From NCBI GenBank assembly GCA_965222375.1, contig CBDCTZ010000016.1, positions 2,048,001 through 2,112,000 on the forward strand: a stretch of DNA of 64,000 nt, in the 5' to 3' direction. The stretch comes from Polyangiaceae bacterium. Lineage in GTDB: Bacteria; Myxococcota_A; Polyangia; Polyangiales; Polyangiaceae. Each line of letters begins with the position of its first letter. The first letter of the stretch is position 1. A program made the position numbers and the translations under genes. The notes beneath the pieces are model-generated. The model had not been told where the DNA came from. It did not search any database and worked only from the letters and a program-made list of their open reading frames with translations. This document shows positions 1 through 9,893 of the stretch, one piece after another.

Positions 1-71
1 CGCAGAATTCGTTCTCTCGCTGCCGCTCGCAAGTTAGCCTATCCGTCCTGTCGCTGCGGCAGAGGGGCGCT

Positions 72-2264
72 ATGGCAAAAGGCAATCTCATCGCGGACAT
101 CTGGGGAGGGTTGGCGGCGATGCTCGTCGCCTTTCCTTCTGCGATCGCCTTTGGGGTCGCGATCTATGCGCCCCTCGGTAGTGAGAGTGCTGCCGCCGGA
201 GCGATGGCGGGCATGCTCGGGGCGGTCCTTCTGGGCGTGGTCAACCCATTGCTTGGTGGCACTCAACGCTTGATCTCGGCGCCCTGCGCTCCTGCCGCCG
301 CAGTCATGGGCGCCTTGGCTGCGGAGCTGGCTCGGGACCGTGAGCCGACGGCGGTGTTGCTGATGATGACGGCTGTCGCGCTACTCTCGGGCTTGCTGCA
401 AATCGCCTATGGCGCGCTCGGGGGTGGGAAAGTCATCAAGTACATCCCGTATCCGGCGGTGTCTGGTTTCTTGAGCGGCGTCGCCGTTCTGATCTTCGTG
501 AAACAGCTACCCGGGCTTCTTGGAGTGACTCCAGCTCGTGGGCTCCTCGATGCTGTCAGCGCTCCTGAAAGCTGGCGCATGGAGTCGATTGTTGTAGGTC
601 TCACGACCATAGCGGGCGTGTTCCTGGCACCGAAGATCACCAAGGCCGTCCCCGCCGCGATTCTTGGCATCGCCGCTGGAGTTGCGACGTACTTTGCTCT
701 GTCCTTCAACGACCCAGCCATGCGCAGCTTGGCGGATAACTCCTTGGTGGTCGGTCGCGTCGACGTGTCCTTCGACTCACTGGTGACCGGAATGCGGGAA
801 CGCGGCTCGGCCCTGCTCGGCTTCCGGGCGGCCGATGTGGGCTTTCTGATCGTGCCCGCGTTAACGCTCTCGGCGCTACTTTCGATCGATACGATGAAGA
901 CGGGTGTCATCGTTGACGCCATGACCCGCAGCCGCTCGAACTCCAACAAAGAACTTCGCGCCCAAGGCATCGGCAACTTCGTGACGGCCATCTTTGGCGG
1001 CGTGCCGGGAGCGGGCACCATGGGCCCCACGCTGATCAACGTGACGAGCGGTGGCAAGACGCGCCTGTCTGGCGCCTTGGAGGGCGTGTTCTGTCTAGTG
1101 GCTCTGATCGCCCTGCGTGGGGTTGTCGCCTGGATCCCCATTGCTGCGCTGTCTGGGATTCTCATCGTCATCGCGATTCGCATGGTGGACACCAAGAGCT
1201 TCCAACTGCTGAAGAACCGCTCAACCCTGCTCGACTTCGGTGTGATCGCCACGGTCGTCGTCGTTGCAGTCAGCGTAGGGTTGATCCATGCGTCCGCGGT
1301 GGGTTTCGGGTTGGCGACGCTGCTGTTTGCCCGCGAGCACATGACGGCCGCGGTCGTGCGCCGCATGCTTGCTGGTGGCCAGCTATCATCGAAGCAACGT
1401 CGCGTGCCCGCGGAGCTTTCCGTGCTCAAAGAGCACGCGGATTGCACGATCGTGTGTGAGCTCCAGGGGAACCTGTTCTTCGGCACCACCGACCAACTGT
1501 TCACCGAGCTTGCGGAGGACCTCAAAACGAAGAAGTACGTGGTGCTCGATCTGCGCCGTGTGCACAGTGTCGACTTCACGGCGGCGCGTCTACTCGATCA
1601 GATGGACGTGCAGCTCGAGGACCACGGTGGGCGCCTAATCCTGTCTGGGATCCCCGCCAACCTACCTACCGGCCGGGACATTCGCGCCTATCTGGCCGAT
1701 CTGCAGATCGGCAAGGATAGCGGAGGCATCGAGATGTTCGACGATCTCGACGCCGCCCTCGAGTGGGTTGAAGATCACATTCTGGAGGCGAAGCTAGAAG
1801 AGAGGTACAAGAGCGCAGCGGCTCTCGACTTGAACGAGATCGACCTCTTCGAGGATCTAGAGCGTCACGGGCTGCTTTCCACCGTGGCCGAATGCATTGA
1901 AGCACACAGCTACAAGGCGGGCGACGTGATCTGCGCGCAGGGTGACGAGGGAGACTCGTTCTTCGTGATTCGACGGGGCACTGTGCGCATCCTGCTGCAT
2001 CTCAACGGCGACCGTACGATGCACGTCGCGTCATTTGGTCGTAACAACTTCTTTGGCGAGATGTCGTTTCTCGATCACCAGGCTCGCTCCGCGGATGCTA
2101 TCGCGCTCACCGACGTGGAACTGTATTGCCTCTCGCGCAAACGCTTCGACGCGCTCTCACGGCAGCAGCCCATAGTAGGTGTCAAGGTGTTCGCGCGGCT
2201 TGCCCGTTCGCTGGCTCTACGCTTGCGCAACACGGACGCGGAAGTCAGCGCGCTCCAAGAGTGA
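72..2264 (+). CDS. SulP/SLC26 anion permease with STAS and cyclic-nucleotide-binding domains
   Basis: 730 aa; hydrophobic N-terminal half with 'DIWGGLAAMLVAFPSAIAFG' and 'NKELRAQGIGN'; STAS 'LQGNLFFGT..VVLDLRRVHSVDFTAA'; cNMP 'FFGEMSFL..RSADAIA'. Confidence 0.93.
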   Translation: MAKGNLIADIWGGLAAMLVAFPSAIAFGVAIYAPLGSESAAAGAMAGMLGAVLLGVVNPLLGGTQRLISAPCAPAAAVMGALAAELARDREPTAVLLMMTAVALLSGLLQIAYGALGGGKVIKYIPYPAVSGFLSGVAVLIFVKQLPGLLGVTPARGLLDAVSAPESWRMESIVVGLTTIAGVFLAPKITKAVPAAILGIAAGVATYFALSFNDPAMRSLADNSLVVGRVDVSFDSLVTGMRERGSALLGFRAADVGFLIVPALTLSALLSIDTMKTGVIVDAMTRSRSNSNKELRAQGIGNFVTAIFGGVPGAGTMGPTLINVTSGGKTRLSGALEGVFCLVALIALRGVVAWIPIAALSGILIVIAIRMVDTKSFQLLKNRSTLLDFGVIATVVVVAVSVGLIHASAVGFGLATLLFAREHMTAAVVRRMLAGGQLSSKQRRVPAELSVLKEHADCTIVCELQGNLFFGTTDQLFTELAEDLKTKKYVVLDLRRVHSVDFTAARLLDQMDVQLEDHGGRLILSGIPANLPTGRDIRAYLADLQIGKDSGGIEMFDDLDAALEWVEDHILEAKLEERYKSAAALDLNEIDLFEDLERHGLLSTVAECIEAHSYKAGDVICAQGDEGDSFFVIRRGTVRILLHLNGDRTMHVASFGRNNFFGEMSFLDHQARSADAIALTDVELYCLSRKRFDALSRQQPIVGVKVFARLARSLALRLRNTDAEVSALQE

Positions 2265-2360
2265 TGCAGCGTCAATGCACTCGGCGTGCGGCCGCACGAG
2301 ATTAGTGCCGCAATGTCGCACCATCGCCACGACCCCAAAACCAGGACGGAGTCGAGAGGG
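2209..2360 (+). repeat. Left copy of a ~150 bp direct repeat (SulP 3' end plus downstream DNA); left boundary of island
   Basis: First ~70 bp identical to the sequence at 35494; imperfect match continues to 35646. Confidence 0.92.
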
Positions 2361-2726
2361 ACTTTCAGACGTTTCAGGGCGCTGGTACTGTCGGTTAACA
2401 GCCAAGCCACCCAATTCTTGGTCGCATCGTTGATCTTCGGCGAGCCTGATGGAGTCAGAGCGTCTCTAGGTACGCGACCAACGCTCGGCGGTCTTCACTG
2501 GCCGGCGTTCCTGGAGCGTGCTGAGGAGCAGCGCGGTCTGCCTCGCTTCGTAACGGCCGAGTTTGAGGAGTACCTGCGCTGCGGTTTGCTCGAGCATGGG
2601 TGTCTGCGCCTTGCCTGTCGCGACGGCGGCTATTCCGAGTTGGTGGCCTTCAGCTGCAACCGACGTGGCTTCTGTCCATCTTGCCTCGGACGCCGGATGA
2701 AGGACGCTTCATGATGCATCACCTCG

Positions 2727-4811
2727 CTATGTCTTTGGAATTGTTAGGTTGAGTTGGTTCGGTGCAGGTCCAGTGTTCTTGCCTTGTCGGTATGCACGTG
2801 CTCGGGTGGTGATGCGCTCGGCTGCGTCCGAGCCCACGACATCGCTGCGAGCGAAGATCCAGGGTCCATTCGGTAGCGGATGCTGCGAGGGAATTTCGTT
2901 TCGCTGCGCTGCGCGTCGTAGCGTCTTCGGATCGACCTGAACAAGAGCTGCAGCTTCTTCGCAGGTCAGCCATTCGCCCCGATCACGCTGCTTCGAGCAC
3001 GGTTCGATCTTGTATCGATGGCGTACAGACGCGACCAGCGCCCGGCTGTAGTGGCCTCCCGTGGGCGTGCGCACACCAGCGCGCCCAAGCCATCGGGCGA
3101 TCTGCATGTCGCCCATGACGCGCGCGAGCACGCGCACGGCTTCGACGACTTCGGCAGCTGTGGTGTTGCGACGTTGGCCAGTGCGACGCTTGGGGACACG
3201 TAACTCGGTGTGCACCCCTCCCTTCCAGTGCACGACGAGGAGGATCTCGGAGCGCTCGGTGTCCACGTCAACCCAAACCTGCTCCACCACAGCGCGCGTG
3301 ATGCGCTTCTTCGTGGATGGCTTGGTCGTAGGCGCTGTCCACACGCGTTCCACGTCGCGTGCGAGCTCGAGATATCGCCCGATGTCGGGTGGGCGCGAGA
3401 CCTCTGCCCGCGTTGCCGTGGCCTCGCCGATGCGCTGCTCGACTGTGCGTACGGCTTCGAGGGCAGTATTCCATCGGCGCTCGAGTTCGACGGCCACGGT
3501 GCGGTTTTCAGGCTCGACAGCATCGTATTGACGTTCAGCGCGTTGAGCCTCGTAGCGCGCCTGTTGCAGCTGCAGTTCCAGCGCAGCCACGGCATCATCA
3601 CGTTCCGCCACGTCCTGGTCCCATGCAACGTGGGCAGCTTCGATCGCACCCGGCCGCACGACAGCGAGCACCCGCTCGACGATCTGCGCGTCCACGTCGG
3701 TTGCGCTGAACGAGATGCATCGCGGTCCACCGGAGCGGTCGTGGTCATCGTTGCATGTGTAGCGAGCAATACCTTGCTTTGTCCCGCTATAACTCACGCC
3801 CAGGCGGCGGCCGCAACGGCGACACCAAACGAGGCCGCCCAGGAGTGCAGCGCCACCCTTGGGTGCTCCTGCTGCTCCTCGCCTCTGTTCGTTCTTTGAC
3901 AACATTTGTGACGCACGCTCGAACTGCTCCCAGCTGATATATGCCTCGTGACGGTCCCGAAGCAACACCGACCACTGGTCTCGAGGCACTCGCGTAGCGG
4001 CACGTCGGGGCTGTCCGTCCACGATACGGGTGTGGACTTTGGTCCGTCCGTACACGTAGGCGCCCGCATAAATCGGATTCTTCAGTGTCCGATAGACGAA
4101 GTCGGCCGTCGGCTTCTTCCAGACAACCTCGCCACGCCGATTGCGGTTCACGGGTGTCTGAATGCCGCTCTCGCGCATCCATATCACCACCTGTCGCGCA
4201 CTACCCAGTTCGAAGAACTTGGAGAAGACTAGCTCGATGGCCTGCCGGATACGTGCGTCCGGCGCCTTCTCGAGGCGTCCATCACCTCCCACTCGGTAAC
4301 CCACCGGAACGCCCGCAACCAATTCCCCGCGCTGCGCTTTCTGCCTTTGTGCCTCCAATCCACGCATGCGTAGCAGGTCGAGCTCGTACTCGTTGAGGCT
4401 GCCCTTGAGCCCCAAGAGCAAACGGTCGTTGCTATGTCGCGGCGCATACACCGTGTCGTGATCCACCAGCAGCGTGTCGACCACGCGACAGATCTCGATG
4501 AGTTGCTGCCACTCCCGACTGTTGCGCGCGAAACGCGAAACTTCCCGGGCGGCCACGGCACCCACCTGACCAAGGGAAACGTCAGCGACCAGCCGGCGGA
4601 AACCTCTGCGCTCGACGGACCCAGCTGCCGATTTGCCCAGGTCCTCATCGATCACGTCGACCTCGCGAAACCCCAACTCGCGCAATCGGTCACGCATCGC
4701 GTATTGCTGCCGCTGGCTTTCGCGGTTGTTCATCAGCTGTTGCTGGGACGACTGGCGTACGTACAGGATCGCGCGTCGCGCCACGTGGTGTTCGCCGATC
4801 TTCTCATTCAT
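2727..4811 (-). CDS. Large serine recombinase (resolvase, recombinase and zinc-ribbon domains, coiled coil, C-terminal HTH)
   Basis: 694 aa; catalytic 'LYVRQSS', 'EVSRFARN', 'PVGY', 'LKNPIYAG', 'LLGGLVWCRRCG..YTC'; RBS GGGAGG upstream. Confidence 0.95.
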   Translation of the reverse strand: MNEKIGEHHVARRAILYVRQSSQQQLMNNRESQRQQYAMRDRLRELGFREVDVIDEDLGKSAAGSVERRGFRRLVADVSLGQVGAVAAREVSRFARNSREWQQLIEICRVVDTLLVDHDTVYAPRHSNDRLLLGLKGSLNEYELDLLRMRGLEAQRQKAQRGELVAGVPVGYRVGGDGRLEKAPDARIRQAIELVFSKFFELGSARQVVIWMRESGIQTPVNRNRRGEVVWKKPTADFVYRTLKNPIYAGAYVYGRTKVHTRIVDGQPRRAATRVPRDQWSVLLRDRHEAYISWEQFERASQMLSKNEQRRGAAGAPKGGAALLGGLVWCRRCGRRLGVSYSGTKQGIARYTCNDDHDRSGGPRCISFSATDVDAQIVERVLAVVRPGAIEAAHVAWDQDVAERDDAVAALELQLQQARYEAQRAERQYDAVEPENRTVAVELERRWNTALEAVRTVEQRIGEATATRAEVSRPPDIGRYLELARDVERVWTAPTTKPSTKKRITRAVVEQVWVDVDTERSEILLVVHWKGGVHTELRVPKRRTGQRRNTTAAEVVEAVRVLARVMGDMQIARWLGRAGVRTPTGGHYSRALVASVRHRYKIEPCSKQRDRGEWLTCEEAAALVQVDPKTLRRAAQRNEIPSQHPLPNGPWIFARSDVVGSDAAERITTRARAYRQGKNTGPAPNQLNLTIPKT

Positions 4812-4986
4812 GATGACCTCCCTTTCGTCTTCCGAGTTGTCGTCGGCTGTGTTGTCGGAGCGCTTCGGCGAGCAGCGTGATGACCTCCTTGCGCGACGCT
4901 TCGGGAAGTGCCTTCCACCTCGGAAGCGGCGGGCCGGGTTGTGGCAGAACCATTTGAACCCCGCGTCTTCGTCTGCGCTTCTTCAT
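4804..4986 (-). CDS. Small basic protein overlapping the recombinase start (possible accessory or directionality factor)
   Basis: 60 aa 'WKALPEASRKEVITLLAEAL..GGHHE'; ATGAATGA overlap with the LSR; present in all three copies. Confidence 0.55.
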   Translation of the reverse strand: MKKRRRRRGVQMVLPQPGPPLPRWKALPEASRKEVITLLAEALRQHSRRQLGRRKGGHHE

Positions 4987-5296
4987 GCGCCGTCAGTGCC
5001 CCCGACTCGTGCCCCATGTCCAGCGCTCGGGACTCCTCCAGCAGGCAGCGGAGCTCTTCGAGCGCGCTCATCGACACGCGCGGTTCAGCTTCGACCCGCA
5101 TCCCCGCGCAGGACACCGGGTCCAGCATCCACGCAGGGATGCTCACGAGTCGGTCCGGCGCGCCCGGGCCTACCAAACAGCGGAGCATGCCGAAAGCGCC
5201 ACGACAAACCACCGCGACGGCCTGACCATGCAACGGGTGCCACGCGTAAACGACGGTACGCACATCGGTCTTGTGCGCATCATGTTGTATTGCTGA
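4808..5296 (-). CDS. orfA body (DUF5372/Y4bD-like); its RBS and ATG lie at the other end of the element (ATG at 2712)
   Basis: 'VVYAWHPLHGQ..SIPAWMLD' motif; frame open to the element end; stop overlaps the LSR ATG. Confidence 0.65.
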   Translation of the reverse strand, partial: SAIQHDAHKTDVRTVVYAWHPLHGQAVAVVCRGAFGMLRCLVGPGAPDRLVSIPAWMLDPVSCAGMRVEAEPRVSMSALEELRCLLEESRALDMGHESGALTAHEEAQTKTRGSNGSATTRPAASEVEGTSRSVAQGGHHAARRSAPTTQPTTTRKTKGRSS

Positions 5297-5848
5297 TGGC
5301 TGACACGGCTGTGCATCTGGAAGCGCGCGTACTGCCCCGCGTTCCCATCCGTCACTGGATCTGCTCACTGCCCTGGGGACTGCGAGCGCTACTCGGCTAT
5401 GATCGCAAGCTCTGCTCCGAGGTGGTCAGCGCGCTCATGACCGAGGTGCGTCGCTCACTCCGTTCGCGCGCCAAACGACAGTTTGGGCTCGCCAGCGTAC
5501 GCAACCTGCTAACCGGTGCGCTGGTCGCGGTACAGCGCACGGACAGTGCCCTCCGACTAAACGTACACACCCACGCTCTGGTGCTCGATGGCGTGTACGC
5601 GCACCAGGGCGACGACCCTCGCGAGACCGAAGGGAACCCCGGGGCTCCGCTCGAGTTCCTCGGGCTCGACGCGCCGACCCACGCCGACATTGCCGAGGTC
5701 GCGTCACGCATCGAGAAGATCCTGAAAACGTGCGTTCCATGCGACGAAAGGCCATCTCATCGGTCAATGTCGTCGGGGAACCAGAGGCATCGACGACACC
5801 AAATACCTCGAACCCTTCTTCAACCGCGCTGATAGCTGGTGGGGCGAG

Positions 5849-5880
5849 GCGCGTAGGACAATCGAACTGTGAAAACGCGG
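5849..5880 (-). other. Putative oriIS end of IS91 element B
   Basis: TTTTCACAGTTCGATTGTCCTACGCGC ~180 bp downstream of the transposase stop; near-identical motifs at 15028-15054 and 16153-16179. Confidence 0.6.
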
Positions 5881-6028
5881 GTGGGGAGGGCCGAGGCGGG
5901 TGGCAAAGAGCGGCGACGATAGCACCGGGAGCGGAACGGCTGGGTGGTTTGCAGGCGAAGGGGGGTCTTTTGCTGAGATGTCGGCGAGCCCAAGACGCAG
6001 CTCCGCCGAAGCGGCCTGCGTGTGGCGC

Positions 6029-7297
6029 TCAACCCCGTCTGGCCGGGAACTGGAGCACCAGTTGCTCGGGCACGGGCAGCTGGGCCCGAGGGCTCGGAGG
6101 AGCTCGCGGGCCAAGACCGTGCTCAGCGAGCAGCCGCGTGATGTCGACGCGGGTGGTCGCGATGTCAGCCCAGCGCAGCGGTCCGTTACAGCGTGGGCAG
6201 TGCTCCAGGTCCGCCCTGAAGACGTGCGCGAGGAGCCAAGCCCAGCGCTTGCGTGATGGTGGAGCGTCGTCCAACTCGTCAAGCAACTCTAACTGATCGC
6301 CGGGAGCGGGAGGAGGCTTGTCTGCGGCGTGGTCGGCGTGGTCGGCGGCCGGATTGGGGACGACTCGTTCCCGGTGCGACGAATGACTAGAGAGCACGCC
6401 GAAGTAGCGCAACATGTGGAAGCGCGGGGGCGGTACTGCCGAGACCATACGTGCAATCAGGTCGTGGGGCTCGAGAACGAGCGCGCGCGTGCCGTCCCGC
6501 CACGGCTTGTTGAAGCTGAGCTCGAGCTTGCCGTCTGTGCGTCGCTCGAGGCGGTCCTGGGCGACAGGCGGTCGCGTGATGTACTTGCAAAGTCGCTCGA
6601 CGCGGCGGCGGTCCCGCCCGTCCACGAGCTGCGCGGCGTAGATGTTGATGCCGCGCACTTCGGCGATGGGCTGGTCGGTGATGTCGGAGGCGCGAGGGCG
6701 CGCGGGGGGCTCTTGGGGGAGCAGCAATCGCAGCAGAGGCTTGCCGGCGCGCTGCCCGCTGAGGGAAATACCTTGCGCAGCAGCGGCATAGCAGCCTGCA
6801 AGAGCAGGCTCATCCAGGCAGAGCAGCGGCGGCTCGGCGTCGCCGAACTCAGGGTCGAGGCTGCGGCCGTGGGCGTGCAGGATGCGCTCGACGCGTACGG
6901 CCGTGCGTGCGGCAACCTCCGCGATGTCCGCGTGGGTTGGCGCGTCAAGCTCAAGGAACTCGAGTGGAGCGTGAGGGTCGTCTCCTTGGTGCCAGTGCAC
7001 GCCGTCGAGCACGAGTGCGTGAAAATGCACGTTTAGTCGGAGAGCACTGTCCGTGCGCTGCACCGCGACCAGCGCACCGGTCAGCAGGTTGCGCACACTG
7101 GCGAACCCGAACTGTCGTTTGGCGCGCCAACGGAGCGAGCGACGCACCTCGGTCATGAGTGCACTGACCACCTCGGAGCAGAGCTTGCGGTCATACCCCA
7201 GCAGCGCTCGCAGTCCCCAGGGCAATGAGCAGATCCAGTGACGGATGGGCACGCTTGGCAGCACCCGCGTTTCGAGATGCACAGCAGTATCGGCCAT
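6029..7297 (-). CDS. IS91 transposase B, C-terminal part (HUH and Y2 catalytic region)
   Basis: 'LNVHFHALVLDG' (HUH), 'LCKYITRPP', 'PPRFHMLRYFGVL', 'WAWLLAHVF..CPRC'; no frameshift. Confidence 0.9.
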   Translation of the reverse strand: MADTAVHLETRVLPSVPIRHWICSLPWGLRALLGYDRKLCSEVVSALMTEVRRSLRWRAKRQFGFASVRNLLTGALVAVQRTDSALRLNVHFHALVLDGVHWHQGDDPHAPLEFLELDAPTHADIAEVAARTAVRVERILHAHGRSLDPEFGDAEPPLLCLDEPALAGCYAAAAQGISLSGQRAGKPLLRLLLPQEPPARPRASDITDQPIAEVRGINIYAAQLVDGRDRRRVERLCKYITRPPVAQDRLERRTDGKLELSFNKPWRDGTRALVLEPHDLIARMVSAVPPPRFHMLRYFGVLSSHSSHRERVVPNPAADHADHAADKPPPAPGDQLELLDELDDAPPSRKRWAWLLAHVFRADLEHCPRCNGPLRWADIATTRVDITRLLAEHGLGPRAPPSPRAQLPVPEQLVLQFPARRG

Positions 7298-7785
7298 CAG
7301 CAATACAACATGATGCGCACAAGACCGGTGTGCGTACCGTCGTTTACGCGTGGCACCCGTTGCATGGTCAGGCCGTCGCGGTGGTTTGTCGTGGCGCTTT
7401 CGGCATGCTCCGCTGTTTGGTAGGCCCGGGCGCGCCGGACCGACTCGTGAGCATCCCTGCGTGGATGCTGGACCCGGTGTCCTGCGCGGGGATGCGGGTC
7501 GAAGCTGAACCGCGCGTGTCGATGAGCGCGCTCGAAGAGCTCCGCTGCCTGCTGGAGGAGTCCCGAGCGCTGGACATGGGGCACGAGTCGGGGGCACTGA
7601 CGGCGCATGAAGAAGCGCAGACGAAGACGCGGGGTTCAAATGGTTCTGCCACAACCCGGCCCGCCGCTTCCGAGGTGGAAGGCACTTCCCGAAGCGTCGC
7701 GCAAGGAGGTCATCACGCTGCTCGCCGAAGCGCTCCGACAACACAGCCGACGACAACTCGGAAGACGAAAGGGAGGTCATCATGA
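7297..7785 (+). CDS. orfA body, copy 2 (start supplied by ATG 9881 on circularisation)
   Basis: As copy 1; an internal GTG at 7330 lacks an obvious RBS. Confidence 0.65.
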   Translation, partial: SAIQHDAHKTGVRTVVYAWHPLHGQAVAVVCRGAFGMLRCLVGPGAPDRLVSIPAWMLDPVSCAGMRVEAEPRVSMSALEELRCLLEESRALDMGHESGALTAHEEAQTKTRGSNGSATTRPAASEVEGTSRSVAQGGHHAARRSAPTTQPTTTRKTKGRSS

Positions 7786-7789
7786 ATGA
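7607..7789 (+). CDS. Small basic accessory protein, copy 2
   Basis: Identical 60-aa ORF. Confidence 0.55.
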   Translation: MKKRRRRRGVQMVLPQPGPPLPRWKALPEASRKEVITLLAEALRQHSRRQLGRRKGGHHE

Positions 7790-9866
7790 GAAGATCGGCG
7801 AACACCACGTGGCGCGACGCGCGATCCTGTACGTACGCCAGTCGTCCCAGCAACAGCTGATGAACAACCGCGAAAGCCAGCGGCAGCAATACGCGATGCG
7901 TGACCGATTGCGCGAGTTGGGGTTTCGCGAGGTCGACGTGATCGATGAGGACCTGGGCAAATCGGCAGCTGGGTCCGTCGAGCGCAGAGGTTTCCGCCGG
8001 CTGGTCGCTGACGTTTCCCTTGGTCAGGTGGGTGCCGTGGCCGCCCGGGAAGTTTCGCGTTTCGCGCGCAACAGTCGGGAGTGGCAGCAACTCATCGAGA
8101 TCTGTCGCGTGGTCGACACGCTGCTGGTGGATCACGACACGGTGTATGCGCCGCGACATAGCAACGACCGTTTGCTCTTGGGGCTCAAGGGCAGCCTCAA
8201 CGAGTACGAGCTCGACCTGCTACGCATGCGTGGATTGGAGGCACAAAGGCAGAAAGCGCAGCGCGGGGAATTGGTTGCGGGCGTTCCGGTGGGTTACCGA
8301 GTGGGAGGTGATGGACGCCTCGAGAAGGCGCCGGACGCACGTATCCGGCAGGCCATCGAGCTAGTCTTCTCCAAGTTCTTCGAACTGGGTAGTGCGCGAC
8401 AGGTGGTGATATGGATGCGCGAGAGCGGCATTCAGACACCCGTGAACCGCAATCGGCGTGGCGAGGTTGTCTGGAAGAAGCCGACGGCCGACTTCGTCTA
8501 TCGGACACTGAAGAATCCGATTTATGCGGGCGCCTACGTGTACGGACGGACCAAAGTCCACACCCGTATCGTGGACGGACAGCCCCGACGTGCCGCTACG
8601 CGAGTGCCTCGAGACCAGTGGTCGGTGTTGCTTCGGGACCGTCACGAGGCATATATCAGCTGGGAGCAGTTCGAGCGTGCGTCACAAATGTTGTCAAAGA
8701 ACGAACAGAGGCGAGGAGCAGCAGGAGCACCCAAGGGTGGCGCTGCACTCCTGGGCGGCCTCGTTTGGTGTCGCCGTTGCGGCCGCCGCCTGGGCGTGAG
8801 TTATAGCGGGACAAAGCAAGGTATTGCTCGCTACACATGCAACGATGACCACGACCGCTCCGGTGGACCGCGATGCATCTCGTTCAGCGCAACCGACGTG
8901 GACGCGCAGATCGTCGAGCGGGTGCTCGCTGTCGTGCGGCCGGGTGCGATCGAAGCTGCCCACGTTGCATGGGACCAGGACGTGGCGGAACGTGATGATG
9001 CCGTGGCTGCGCTGGAACTGCAGCTGCAACAGGCGCGCTACGAGGCTCAACGCGCTGAACGTCAATACGATGCTGTCGAGCCTGAAAACCGCACCGTGGC
9101 CGTCGAACTCGAGCGCCGATGGAATACTGCCCTCGAAGCCGTACGCACAGTCGAGCAGCGCATCGGCGAGGCCACGGCAACGCGGGCAGAGGTCTCGCGC
9201 CCACCCGACATCGGGCGATATCTCGAGCTCGCACGCGACGTGGAACGCGTGTGGACAGCGCCTACGACCAAGCCATCCACGAAGAAACGCATCACGCGCG
9301 CTGTGGTGGAGCAGGTTTGGGTTGACGTGGACACCGAGCGCTCCGAGATCCTCCTCGTCGTGCACTGGAAGGGAGGGGTGCACACCGAGTTACGTGTCCC
9401 CAAGCGTCGCACTGGCCAACGTCGCAACACCACAGCTGCCGAAGTCGTCGAAGCCGTGCGCGTGCTCGCGCGCGTCATGGGCGACATGCAGATCGCCCGA
9501 TGGCTTGGGCGCGCTGGTGTGCGCACGCCCACGGGAGGCCACTACAGCCGGGCGCTGGTCGCGTCTGTACGCCATCGATACAAGATCGAACCGTGCTCGA
9601 AGCAGCGTGATCGGGGCGAATGGCTGACCTGCGAAGAAGCTGCAGCTCTTGTTCAGGTCGATCCGAAGACGCTACGACGCGCAGCGCAGCGAAACGAAAT
9701 TCCCTCGCAGCATCCGCTACCGAATGGACCCTGGATCTTCGCTCGCAGCGATGTCGTGGGCTCGGACGCAGCCGAGCGCATCACCACCCGAGCACGTGCA
9801 TACCGACAAGGCAAGAACACTGGACCTGCACCGAACCAACTCAACCTAACAATTCCAAAGACATAG
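7782..9866 (+). CDS. Large serine recombinase, copy 2
   Basis: Identical 694-aa protein. Confidence 0.95.
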   Translation: MNEKIGEHHVARRAILYVRQSSQQQLMNNRESQRQQYAMRDRLRELGFREVDVIDEDLGKSAAGSVERRGFRRLVADVSLGQVGAVAAREVSRFARNSREWQQLIEICRVVDTLLVDHDTVYAPRHSNDRLLLGLKGSLNEYELDLLRMRGLEAQRQKAQRGELVAGVPVGYRVGGDGRLEKAPDARIRQAIELVFSKFFELGSARQVVIWMRESGIQTPVNRNRRGEVVWKKPTADFVYRTLKNPIYAGAYVYGRTKVHTRIVDGQPRRAATRVPRDQWSVLLRDRHEAYISWEQFERASQMLSKNEQRRGAAGAPKGGAALLGGLVWCRRCGRRLGVSYSGTKQGIARYTCNDDHDRSGGPRCISFSATDVDAQIVERVLAVVRPGAIEAAHVAWDQDVAERDDAVAALELQLQQARYEAQRAERQYDAVEPENRTVAVELERRWNTALEAVRTVEQRIGEATATRAEVSRPPDIGRYLELARDVERVWTAPTTKPSTKKRITRAVVEQVWVDVDTERSEILLVVHWKGGVHTELRVPKRRTGQRRNTTAAEVVEAVRVLARVMGDMQIARWLGRAGVRTPTGGHYSRALVASVRHRYKIEPCSKQRDRGEWLTCEEAAALVQVDPKTLRRAAQRNEIPSQHPLPNGPWIFARSDVVGSDAAERITTRARAYRQGKNTGPAPNQLNLTIPKT

Positions 9867-9867
9867 C

Positions 9868-9883
9868 GAGGTGATGCATCATG
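9868..9883 (+). promoter_or_regulatory. Outward-facing Shine-Dalgarno plus ATG at the element end
   Basis: GAGGTGAT (9868-9875), 5 nt spacer, ATG (9881); equivalent ATGs at 2712 and 30251 on the minus strand. Confidence 0.7.
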
Positions 9884-9893
9884 AAGCGTCCTT

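Larger units (their letters stand above)
2700..5295 (-). mobile_element. 2596 bp LSR integrative element, copy 1
   Basis: Flanked by ATG at 2697-2699 and 5296-5298; near-identical to 7298-9893 (inverted) and 30239-32834. Confidence 0.93.
2496..5728 (+). pseudogene. IS91-family transposase remnant A, truncated at both ends and interrupted by LSR element copy 1
   Basis: HWPAFLERAEE..CGLLEHG..FSCNRRGFCPSCLGRRM (2496-2699) resumes as ADTAVHLE..LNVHTHALVLDG from 5299; one zinc-finger Cys is mutated (CRDGG). Confidence 0.88.
7298..9893 (+). mobile_element. 2596 bp LSR integrative element, copy 2
   Basis: Flanked by CAT at 7295-7297 and 9894-9896; reverse complement of copy 1. Confidence 0.93.

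Noticed and set aside
2697..2699. Flanking ATG as a DDE-type target-site duplication
   Set aside because: The element encodes a serine recombinase, and the joined ends are symmetric around AT, which fits a shared crossover core
2727..4811. LSR as the integrase of the 33 kb island
   Set aside because: Its att sites closely flank a 2.6 kb unit and do not resemble the SulP repeat
7225..7785. 186-aa and 234-aa versions of orfA starting in flanking DNA
   Set aside because: These starts are antisense IS91 sequence and differ between copies
6029..7960. 643-aa ORF (and the 399-aa and 323-aa equivalents at 4633 and 32172) as full transposases
   Set aside because: The N-terminal ~220 aa are antisense to the LSR element; the true N-terminus lies across the insertion
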